From: Candidatus Cloacimonadota bacterium
GTDB taxonomy: Bacteria; Cloacimonadota; Cloacimonadia; Cloacimonadales; Cloacimonadaceae
Assembly: GCA_023228125.1 (NCBI GenBank)
Contig: JALOBT010000006.1
Coordinates: 7,005-71,004 of the forward strand
Length of the DNA stretch: 64,000 nucleotides
Direction: 5' to 3'
Part shown: positions 54,724-62,348 of the stretch, in pieces
Layout: the number at the start of each line of letters is the position of its first letter
Position numbering within the stretch: the first letter of the stretch is position 1
The notes under the pieces: generated by a model
What the model was told of the DNA's origin: nothing
What the model saw: the letters and a program-made list of their open reading frames with translations, nothing else
Database searches by the model: none
Made by a program: the position numbers and the translations under genes

Positions 54724-54747
54724 AAAGCGTGCCCCAAGACACGCTTT
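54724..54747 (-). terminator. probable terminator hairpin of the V-ATPase operon
   Basis: AAAGCGTG, 8-nt loop, CACGCTTT, lying 26 nt after the stop of the K subunit gene. The U tract is weak and interrupted (TTTATGCTTTGG on the minus strand). Confidence 0.55.
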
Positions 54748-54772
54748 ATATTCATAAGTGTTATCTTTGGAA

Positions 54773-55285
54773 TTATGCCAGGCCGGGGATCATGCCTCCG
54801 ATGAGGAAACAAGCCGCAAAGGCGACGATGGCATAGAGCTCTGGGAATACGCCCAGGATCAGGGTGTTTGCGAAGACGTCATTTCCGGCTCCGATGCTTT
54901 CGATACCATTGGCTACTACCCGGGATTGTTGGTATGCAGAAATGAGTCCCACTACTCCCATGATGAGGCCTGCGCCCAGAATGGCACATGCCTGCAGCAT
55001 ATTCATTCCAGGAACGATATGGGCTTTCAGGATAAAGAATGCTCCAAATCCATAAAGGCCTTGAGTGCCTGGTAATGCGGATAGGATCATACAATTCGGG
55101 AAAATATCATCCCGCTTTTTCATGGCTCCAACGCTGGCGCTGCCACCGATAACAGTTCCGATGGCACTGCCGGTTCCGGCCAGTGCGACCATCAAAAACA
55201 TTCCGATCCAGGCTAAGAAATATGCCAAATTTCCGCCCGCCATGACAGTGCTTGTTGCTACTTGATTTAAGGTGTTCGGGTCCAT
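54773..55285 (-). CDS. atpK: V-type ATP synthase subunit K (16-kDa-type proteolipid, 4 TM segments)
   Basis: 170 aa. Contains LPGTQGLYGF, SAYQQSRVVANGI and the essential carboxylate in FPELYAIVAF. AGGAGG SD sequence. Confidence 0.9.
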   Translation of the reverse strand: MDPNTLNQVATSTVMAGGNLAYFLAWIGMFLMVALAGTGSAIGTVIGGSASVGAMKKRDDIFPNCMILSALPGTQGLYGFGAFFILKAHIVPGMNMLQACAILGAGLIMGVVGLISAYQQSRVVANGIESIGAGNDVFANTLILGVFPELYAIVAFAACFLIGGMIPGLA

Positions 55286-55300
55286 TAAACCTCCTGTATT

Positions 55301-57088
55301 TTATCTTGTAGATTTTGAAAAGGGTTTATACTCTATGCCGGGTCCTTCGAACGCGGCGTTTTTGAAAAATTCAACAAAGGTTAGACGTAAGGGATGCACA
55401 AAGCCGGAAAGCGCACCCAGAGCCAGATTGAGTCCGTGACCAAAGAGCATAAAGACAAAGAAGATCACGGGACCTACCCAAGGGATGGAGGACATTTGGG
55501 CCCCGATGCTATTGACTACAAAGCCTAAGATCGCACTGGATACACCCAAGGCGAAAAGGCGGATGTAGCTCAGGATATCGCCAAAGAATCCTGTAACGAT
55601 ATTGTATAAGAGCCAGAGGCCTCCTGCGATATTGATCAGGGGGTTTTTCCCCGGTTGGTTGAAGAGCAGGATCAATCCCAAGCCTCCCCACAGAGGGTAT
55701 TTCAGATAAGGCTGCACCGCAGATATATCCGTACCCAATTGCGAGGCCCCAAGGACCGAGAGAGTTGCGATGAAAAGGAAGGTGCCAAATTCGCTGAGAC
55801 CGTGCATAAAGCCGGATTGATGGATCTTTTTGACAATGGCAATAGAGATGCCAAAAAGAATCTGGATCACACCCAATAGCAGAGCGAAATTGAAGATTTG
55901 GTCATTGTTTCTGATGAGGATCTTTTCACCCACCACAGGTAGTTCTTTGAGGTCATAGCCCAGGAGTGAGCCGACCACAAAACCCATAATGATGCTGGAT
56001 ACTCCAAAGAGGATGACCAGGTTCATAAAGCCTTTCATAGTATCATTTTTGGCTTTCCATTTGAGGAATACAGCGAGTGCTATCAGGACGATGCCATAAG
56101 CCACATCCGCATTGCAGAAGCCAAAGAACAGCATGAAGAAAGGTGCTAAAAAGGGAGTGAGGTCAAATTCATTGTATTTTGGCAGCATATACATCTTGCT
56201 GATGGGCTCGAAGAGGCGGGCAAACCAGTTATTCTTCAGACTGATAGGCGGGTTTTCCTCTACTTTGGCAGCAGAGGAGAAGTGGATCAATTCTTCTTGT
56301 TTGATAAAGTCCAAGAGGCCAGGTTCTTTGCTGACGCTGATCCAGCCGCTGATGATCCTGAGATGATCTTCAGCTTCGCGTGTGGCTTGCAGGCTGGCAT
56401 CTTCAAAGTCATATTCTGTGGTGATTCGGGATAGTTCGGCAGTAAAGATCTGGGTGGCGGTAGCTGCAATGGAGCCAAAGTATTCATCTACAGCTTCGAT
56501 TCTCTTTTCGGTGTCAGTAGCAATTTGCTCCAGCTCTTGCAGGGTTTGCTGATGGAAGGAGAATTTATCCGCTTCCAGAGCCGGGCTTTCTCCCTGGCAC
56601 AAAACAATAAAATAAAGGATGCCACTACGCTCACCGATGGTTTTGATGGTATGTTCTTCTTCCCATTCAGGTTGATAGTGGTTTTTGAGGCAGTGATAAA
56701 ACTCTATGCCAACTCCGCTTTCACGCAGCTTTTTTACCAGCTTGTAATCAAAATTGCCCCAAGGCTCCAGATCGCGGATTTGCTTGCGCAAGACATCTTT
56801 CTTGCGCTCAAGATCATCCTTTTCCTGGCGGGCATTATTGATCTGGTTCAAGAGAGCTTTGGTGGGCAAATTGGTGCTGCTTTTGGTCTCAGATAGTTCT
56901 ACTTTGCTCAGGAATTTCAAGGCTTCGGCATACTCGCGCAGCAATTCCTGATTCCTTGCCAGGCTGTCGGTCTTCTCATCGGTAGAGCGGATGATGTGGA
57001 GCAGGCCCAGCTCTTGCAGTTTGGCCAGGAATTCTTCGTATTCTGCGTGATAGAGCACGAAGGTGTATTTCTTCATTTTCTCGATCAT
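55301..57088 (-). CDS. atpI: V-type ATP synthase subunit I (a-subunit)
   Basis: 595 aa. Has a soluble coiled N-terminal half and a C-terminal half with 7-8 TM segments, including LSYIRLFALGVSS (essential Arg). Confidence 0.9.
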   Translation of the reverse strand: MIEKMKKYTFVLYHAEYEEFLAKLQELGLLHIIRSTDEKTDSLARNQELLREYAEALKFLSKVELSETKSSTNLPTKALLNQINNARQEKDDLERKKDVLRKQIRDLEPWGNFDYKLVKKLRESGVGIEFYHCLKNHYQPEWEEEHTIKTIGERSGILYFIVLCQGESPALEADKFSFHQQTLQELEQIATDTEKRIEAVDEYFGSIAATATQIFTAELSRITTEYDFEDASLQATREAEDHLRIISGWISVSKEPGLLDFIKQEELIHFSSAAKVEENPPISLKNNWFARLFEPISKMYMLPKYNEFDLTPFLAPFFMLFFGFCNADVAYGIVLIALAVFLKWKAKNDTMKGFMNLVILFGVSSIIMGFVVGSLLGYDLKELPVVGEKILIRNNDQIFNFALLLGVIQILFGISIAIVKKIHQSGFMHGLSEFGTFLFIATLSVLGASQLGTDISAVQPYLKYPLWGGLGLILLFNQPGKNPLINIAGGLWLLYNIVTGFFGDILSYIRLFALGVSSAILGFVVNSIGAQMSSIPWVGPVIFFVFMLFGHGLNLALGALSGFVHPLRLTFVEFFKNAAFEGPGIEYKPFSKSTR

Positions 57089-57678
57089 TGCAGCTCCTTT
57101 GTGCGGTCTTTTAGTATCTTCTGAGCGGCCTTGCTGAGGTTTTCTTCATCTTCCAGATAGCGCTTGATCTTCATAATCGCCTCCTCAAAAGAAGGTATCT
57201 GAACCTTCTCGTAAAGATTAACTTTTTGGGTAGTTTTCTTGCGCACGTGCTCCAATATATGCATCTTGCGTAGAAAGAATTCACGTTCGATCTGGAGGCG
57301 AGACAGCTCTTTGAGCAAGACTATTCCATCCAAATACCAGCTTGGAGCAGTGAAGAGATTGAAGGGTGCGATCTCATAGCTGATGTCTTCCAGGAGTGGA
57401 GTCTTCACTCCGGCGATCTTTCTGGTCTTGATTAAGACTTCCTTAATCGAGATCAGATCCGGATCAAATTCACCCCAGAGCTTCATAAAGACTTCCAGCT
57501 CTTTGGTGCGCTCACTGATCTTTTGATCCAGCTCCGTGGCTATACCGCGGGCTTTTTTTACTTCCACCCTGAGAGCTGATTCCTTGTTCTTGAGCGTGGG
57601 CAGAGCCTTTTCACGCACCGCCAATTGCTTGATCAGTTGCAATTGCGAGATTTTGTTGTATTGAAATTTGAGACTCAT
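57085..57678 (-). CDS. atpD: V-type ATP synthase subunit D
   Basis: Taken from the ATG at 57678, which overlaps the B subunit stop (ATGA). Long coiled-coil protein with PTLKNKESALRVE..; the size is typical of subunit D. Confidence 0.85.
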   Translation of the reverse strand: MSLKFQYNKISQLQLIKQLAVREKALPTLKNKESALRVEVKKARGIATELDQKISERTKELEVFMKLWGEFDPDLISIKEVLIKTRKIAGVKTPLLEDISYEIAPFNLFTAPSWYLDGIVLLKELSRLQIEREFFLRKMHILEHVRKKTTQKVNLYEKVQIPSFEEAIMKIKRYLEDEENLSKAAQKILKDRTKELQ

Positions 57679-58997
57679 GCCTTCTTCCAATGGATTTTCA
57701 TGAATTCGTTTTTGATGCCGACTTCTTCCCGCTTAAAGTAGCGTTGGAAGAGCTCCCAAGCTATATCCAGCATGGTGTCTGTACCGATATTGACGTCGAT
57801 GGCCAGGATTTTATCAGAATACTCTTTGGCAAAATCAAGCACACGCTCATCGTAATCGGAGAGGTCAAAACCGTTTTCCATCTTGGTCTTGGCATTGGCA
57901 GCGTCCGCATACAGGCGGATGGCGGTATTCATTACTTGAGGATGATCTTCACGGGTCTTTTTACCGATTACCAATTGTTTCAAACGGGAGAGGGAGCGGA
58001 AGGGATCCACAATGGTCTTGGAAATATCAGTATCGCGCTTCAGGAAAAGCTGACCTTCCGTGATATAACCGGTGTTATCCGGGATGGCATGTGTGATGTC
58101 GCCCCCGGAAAGAGTGGTCACGGCGATGATGGTGATAGAGCCGCCATCTGGGAATTGCACAGCTTTCTCATAGATCTTGGCCAAATCCGAATACAAAGAG
58201 CCCGGCATGGAGTCTTTGGAAGGAATCTGATCCATACGGTTTGAGACGATACTAAGGGCATCGCAATACAGAGTCATATCCGTAAGCAGCACCAGCACTT
58301 TCTCATTGTGCTCTGAGGCAAAATACTCGGCAGCACTCAGTGCCATATTCGGCACCAGTAGCCGCTCCACGGTGGGGTCTTCGGTGGTATTTACAAAAGA
58401 AATGATGCGATCGATCACTCCGGCGTTTTCGAATGAATGCTTGTAAAAAAGGTAGTCATCATTCGATAGCCCCATGCCGCCCAGGATGATCTTATCACTC
58501 TCGGCACGCAGGGCCACCATGGCCATTACTTCATTGTAGGGCTGATCCGGATCGGCAAAGAAGGGGATCTTTTGGCCGGTAACCAGGGTGTTATTCAGAT
58601 CGATACCGGCAATACCGGTGGTGATCAATTCGGAGGGCTGTTTGCGGCGCACCGGGTTTACGGAAGGACCGCCGATTTCGACTTCAGTCCCTTCCACCTG
58701 GGGGCCGCCGTCTATGGGATCACCATAGGCGTTGAAAAAACGGCCAGCCAAAGCAGGGCCTACCTTGAGGGTGGGTGCTTTGCCAAAAAAGACGATCTCT
58801 GCGTCTGTACCGATACCTTCAGTACCGGCGAAGATCTGCAGAGTAACATTGTCTTCCATGATCTTCACCACTTGGGCCAGGCGTCCAGCCACGGTGGCGA
58901 GTTCTTCATTTCCCACGCCAGTGGCACGCACGGAGCAAGTAGCTTTGGTGATCTGATTGAGCTTGGTATATATCTTTTGAAATGCTTGCGTAGCCAT
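57675..58997 (-). CDS. atpB: V-type ATP synthase subunit B
   Basis: 440 aa. Non-catalytic B-type sequence: GQKIPFFADPDQPYNEV, SRMDQIPSKDSMPGSLYSDLAKIYE. Confidence 0.95.
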   Translation of the reverse strand: MATQAFQKIYTKLNQITKATCSVRATGVGNEELATVAGRLAQVVKIMEDNVTLQIFAGTEGIGTDAEIVFFGKAPTLKVGPALAGRFFNAYGDPIDGGPQVEGTEVEIGGPSVNPVRRKQPSELITTGIAGIDLNNTLVTGQKIPFFADPDQPYNEVMAMVALRAESDKIILGGMGLSNDDYLFYKHSFENAGVIDRIISFVNTTEDPTVERLLVPNMALSAAEYFASEHNEKVLVLLTDMTLYCDALSIVSNRMDQIPSKDSMPGSLYSDLAKIYEKAVQFPDGGSITIIAVTTLSGGDITHAIPDNTGYITEGQLFLKRDTDISKTIVDPFRSLSRLKQLVIGKKTREDHPQVMNTAIRLYADAANAKTKMENGFDLSDYDERVLDFAKEYSDKILAIDVNIGTDTMLDIAWELFQRYFKREEVGIKNEFMKIHWKKA

Positions 58998-60751
58998 TAT
59001 TTAGCACTCCTTTCTTCAACTAACTTGTGAAGGTCTTCTTCATATTGTTTAAACTGCGGTGTGTCAATCTCTACATAGTTCATCTGTTTGCAGATGTTTA
59101 CCAGCTTCACAAAGAAGGGCATCACTTCTTCAAAGCTTTCATGTACAAAGTCTTTGCCACAGATCTTCAGGATTAGCTCAAGCATGTATTCTTGTCTCTT
59201 CATGGGTGTGGATTGGTCCACTGGGTCAAAGCCATCTTGCTGCAGGATAACTCTATCTATCAGCTCGCTCTTCCAGTACCGGTCATGATATGAAAGCGGG
59301 ACGCCGTCATCTCCCAAAATGTTTATCTGATCCTGGGCTTCGCGGCCTCTGAGCAAGATATCTTTGGTATGAATAACGTCATCGACCCAATGGGAATTGA
59401 CGTTACTATTCAGATAATTAATCACTTCCGGGTATTCAAGATATTTGCTGTAAGAATCAATAGGGTCCACAGCGGGATAGCGTTTGCTGTCTGCTCTGGC
59501 TTGTGATAAGGCGTAGAAGCAGCGGGCAGCTTTCTTGGTGGATTCGGTAACGGGCTCTTTGAGGTTTCCTCCAGCGGGAGACACTGTGCCGATAAAGGTG
59601 ATGGATCCAGTTTCGCCATTGTTGAGATACACGAAACCGGCTCTGGCATAGAAGCTGGAAATGATGGCTGGCAGATCCATGGGGAAGGCATCGGGGCCGG
59701 GCAATTCTTCCATGCGGTTGCTCATTTCACGTAGCGCTTGCGCCCAACGGGAAGTGGAGTCTGCCAAAAGCAGGACTTTGAGGCCCATATTGCGGTAGTA
59801 TTCCCCGATGGTCATGGCTGTGTAAACCGAAGCTTCGCGCGCAGCCACAGGCATATTTGAGGTATTACAGATGATGATGGTTCTCTCCATCAGCTTGCGT
59901 CCGGTTCTGGGGTCATCCAGTTTGGGGAATTCCATAAACAGTTCCACCACCTCGTTTGCCCTTTCTCCGCAGGCAGCCATGATGATCATGTCTGCATCAG
60001 CGTTTTTGGAGAGGGAGTGTTGCAAGACGGTCTTGCCCGCGCCAAATGGCCCGGGGATAAAGCCGGTGCCGCCTTCCACCATGGGATTCAGAGTGTCGAT
60101 AGTGCGCACTCCGGTTTCCAAAAGGCGGAAAGGACGAGGCTTTTCGGTGTAGCATTTTATGGGGATCTTTACTGGCCAAAACTGGATCATATTGATTTCG
60201 ATATCTTTGCCTTCTTTGTCTGTGATCACGGCTATGGTATCTGTGATCTTATGGTTAGCCTTGGGGACTACACTCTTTACGGTGTATTCATCGGTAAGGC
60301 CAAAGGGAACCATGATTTTATGAGAAATCCAGCTTTCGGGCACACTGCCCAGCCAGTCTCCTGCAAAGACCTTGTCTCCAGCTTTGGCAAGGGGAGTGAA
60401 TTCCCAAATTCCTTCTTCATCCAGAGGGTCTGTATATTCACCACGGGTCAAAAAGATACCCTTCATTTTGTTAAGATCATTTTGCAGACCGTCATAATTC
60501 TTGGCAAGCATGCCTGGCCCAAGTTTTACTTCCAGCATCTTTTTGGTAAATTCTACTGTGTTGCCGGGTTTCAGGCCGCGGGTGCTCTCGAAAACCTGCG
60601 TATATGCGACACTGCCAAGCACCTTGATGACTTCTGCCATCAATTTTACTCCGCCCAGATCAATGTAGCAGATCTCGTTTTGGGATACAGGTCCCGAGAC
60701 CTCCACTTGAACCAGGTTTTCGATAATCGCTTTTACTATACCTTTGGTCAT
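58997..60751 (-). CDS. atpA: V-type ATP synthase catalytic subunit A
   Basis: 584 aa. Walker A GPFGAGKTV, followed by LLLADSTSRWAQALREMS and the non-homologous insert typical of A subunits. Confidence 0.95.
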   Translation of the reverse strand: MTKGIVKAIIENLVQVEVSGPVSQNEICYIDLGGVKLMAEVIKVLGSVAYTQVFESTRGLKPGNTVEFTKKMLEVKLGPGMLAKNYDGLQNDLNKMKGIFLTRGEYTDPLDEEGIWEFTPLAKAGDKVFAGDWLGSVPESWISHKIMVPFGLTDEYTVKSVVPKANHKITDTIAVITDKEGKDIEINMIQFWPVKIPIKCYTEKPRPFRLLETGVRTIDTLNPMVEGGTGFIPGPFGAGKTVLQHSLSKNADADMIIMAACGERANEVVELFMEFPKLDDPRTGRKLMERTIIICNTSNMPVAAREASVYTAMTIGEYYRNMGLKVLLLADSTSRWAQALREMSNRMEELPGPDAFPMDLPAIISSFYARAGFVYLNNGETGSITFIGTVSPAGGNLKEPVTESTKKAARCFYALSQARADSKRYPAVDPIDSYSKYLEYPEVINYLNSNVNSHWVDDVIHTKDILLRGREAQDQINILGDDGVPLSYHDRYWKSELIDRVILQQDGFDPVDQSTPMKRQEYMLELILKICGKDFVHESFEEVMPFFVKLVNICKQMNYVEIDTPQFKQYEEDLHKLVEERSAK

Positions 60752-60762
60752 AGTGTTACCTT

Positions 60763-61650
60763 CTATTTTTGCTTTATTCTTATATTAAAATCATCAGGAA
60801 ACTCAAAGCTGTTTTCCAGCTTATTCAGAGTATCATGAAATACTTCTTTACCCAGTTCTGCATCTGCTATCAGCCAGCGGTGAATGATGCGGAGCTTACT
60901 ATAATACCCCAGGATACGGTCGATATTAAAGTATTCAAAGAAATTCTGCTGATCTATCCATTTGTTGCGCAGCAAGTCATAGCCACGTTCCCGATAGAGG
61001 ATATTATTTTGCTCCCAGATCCGCATGATCTGATCAAAGAAGGGATGGTCTTTGCCCAGGCTAAAATCTGCTGCGTGGCTTTTCTTCAGGTTGGTCACAG
61101 TCTCATCTTCACCGATCAGATAAGGGGCAAAATCCAGCTCATGATGACGGCCATTGATGGCAGAGAGGATGTTTTTGATATTGCGCTGCAGCTCAAACCA
61201 CTGGACGATAAACTTATTGGGATGCGTGCAAACAAAATCAAAAAAGTGAGAAAGCAATTGGTGCTCTAAGGCGGATGAGGGCGGAAGCTCTTCTTCTGTG
61301 AAAGCAGCAAGGATGAGCTCGGCTATAAAGGTAGGCAGATAAGCATATTCCTGAGGGGTATCCAAGCTGTGATTATCCGCTTTATGCCGCAGAAAATCAA
61401 GATACTCTTCCCAATATTCAGGACTATTCAGGCCTTCCGGATTGGGCTGCTTATCGCTATTTTTGTATAGCCTCAAAAGCAGATTGGAAATCTCATCTGG
61501 CAGATGCAAGAGCTTTAAGAGCTTATAGTCTTCTTCGCTTAGCTGGCCCAAAGCATCTTGGCGAAAGGTTTCCGGCGTAATTGCCAGCTTGCTGTCGTCC
61601 ATCGAGATGGTGGGCAAGCCAGCGATAAAGTAATAATACTGCCTGGCCAT
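60763..61650 (-). CDS. DUF2764-family protein (V-ATPase operon-associated, probable C/d-subunit substitute)
   Basis: 295 aa. N-terminus MARQYYYFIAGLPTISMDD. It sits between the E and A genes, as in Bacteroidota-type V-ATPase operons. Confidence 0.75.
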   Translation of the reverse strand: MARQYYYFIAGLPTISMDDSKLAITPETFRQDALGQLSEEDYKLLKLLHLPDEISNLLLRLYKNSDKQPNPEGLNSPEYWEEYLDFLRHKADNHSLDTPQEYAYLPTFIAELILAAFTEEELPPSSALEHQLLSHFFDFVCTHPNKFIVQWFELQRNIKNILSAINGRHHELDFAPYLIGEDETVTNLKKSHAADFSLGKDHPFFDQIMRIWEQNNILYRERGYDLLRNKWIDQQNFFEYFNIDRILGYYSKLRIIHRWLIADAELGKEVFHDTLNKLENSFEFPDDFNIRIKQK

Positions 61651-61652
61651 GA

Positions 61653-62252
61653 TCAGCTATCAAATAAGATCTTGGCAGTACGGGGGCGCAGATAGTTTTT
61701 GAAAAGTGCGGCAAAATCCTCATCGGTAAAGCTGAGTTTGTAACTGCCGTCGATGGGGGAGATGGTGAATCCGGCTTTGATCTGTGGACTAAAATCGATC
61801 TTGAGCTTGCCATCAAAGCTGGATTTCAGAGAGCTGAGGAAGGCTTCGTCGAGTTTCTTTTGCATATTCTCTGTGATGATGATGCCAGCATCACCTTGTT
61901 TCCATCCGGTCAGAGTTTCTTTGATCAGGGTTTTGACAAAGTCTGCATCCTGAAAGCTCTCTTTGCTGGCCTGATCTACATTCACTTTAAGAATGAGGTC
62001 GGTGATTTTTTGTTTCAAAGCAGTAATGCTGTGGTTGCCCGCCATCTTGAGATCGCCTTCGGTGTTTTTCTGCAGTTCCTGGGCTTGTCTTTTTGCCTCT
62101 GAGATTGCTTGCTCAGCCTTGGCTTTGGCTTCTGCAATCATGGTTTCGGCGTCTGCTTTGGCTTTGTCCAAAATCTTTTCTGCTTCGGCATTGGCTTTAA
62201 CAACACCCTCTTCATACACTTTTGTCAAAAGTTCTTGCAGCTGGTCGCTCAT
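61653..62252 (-). CDS. atpE: V-type ATP synthase subunit E
   Basis: Taken from the ATG at 62252 (MSDQLQELLTKVYEEG), which has a GGAG SD sequence. The track start at 62264 is a TTG. N-terminal Ala/Lys/Glu-rich coiled coil with a globular C-terminus. Confidence 0.85.
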   Translation of the reverse strand: MSDQLQELLTKVYEEGVVKANAEAEKILDKAKADAETMIAEAKAKAEQAISEAKRQAQELQKNTEGDLKMAGNHSITALKQKITDLILKVNVDQASKESFQDADFVKTLIKETLTGWKQGDAGIIITENMQKKLDEAFLSSLKSSFDGKLKIDFSPQIKAGFTISPIDGSYKLSFTDEDFAALFKNYLRPRTAKILFDS

Positions 62253-62348
62253 ACTTATCTCCAATGTTTTCTACTTTGCGTCAAAATAAGCATCCCGCCC
62301 TTTTCTGTCAATGAGTTTATCTAAGTTTTATCGTTTATATTTAAAATC

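Noticed and set aside
54557-54742. 61-aa minus-strand ORF with RRF/RGF/REF tripeptide repeats
   Set aside because: The peptide periodicity is simply the translation of the 9-bp tandem repeat. The ORF also spans the terminator hairpin and lacks an SD sequence.
51377-54772. Integrated mobile island at tRNA-Gly
   Set aside because: There is no integrase or recombinase gene, and I found no duplicate of the tRNA 3' end (GGTTCGAGTCCCGTTGCCCGC) elsewhere in the window to mark an attR. The region is still flagged as accessory-like in the findings.
60017-60838. 273-aa + strand ORF
   Set aside because: It is antisense to the V-ATPase A subunit gene, which has Walker motifs in the other frame.
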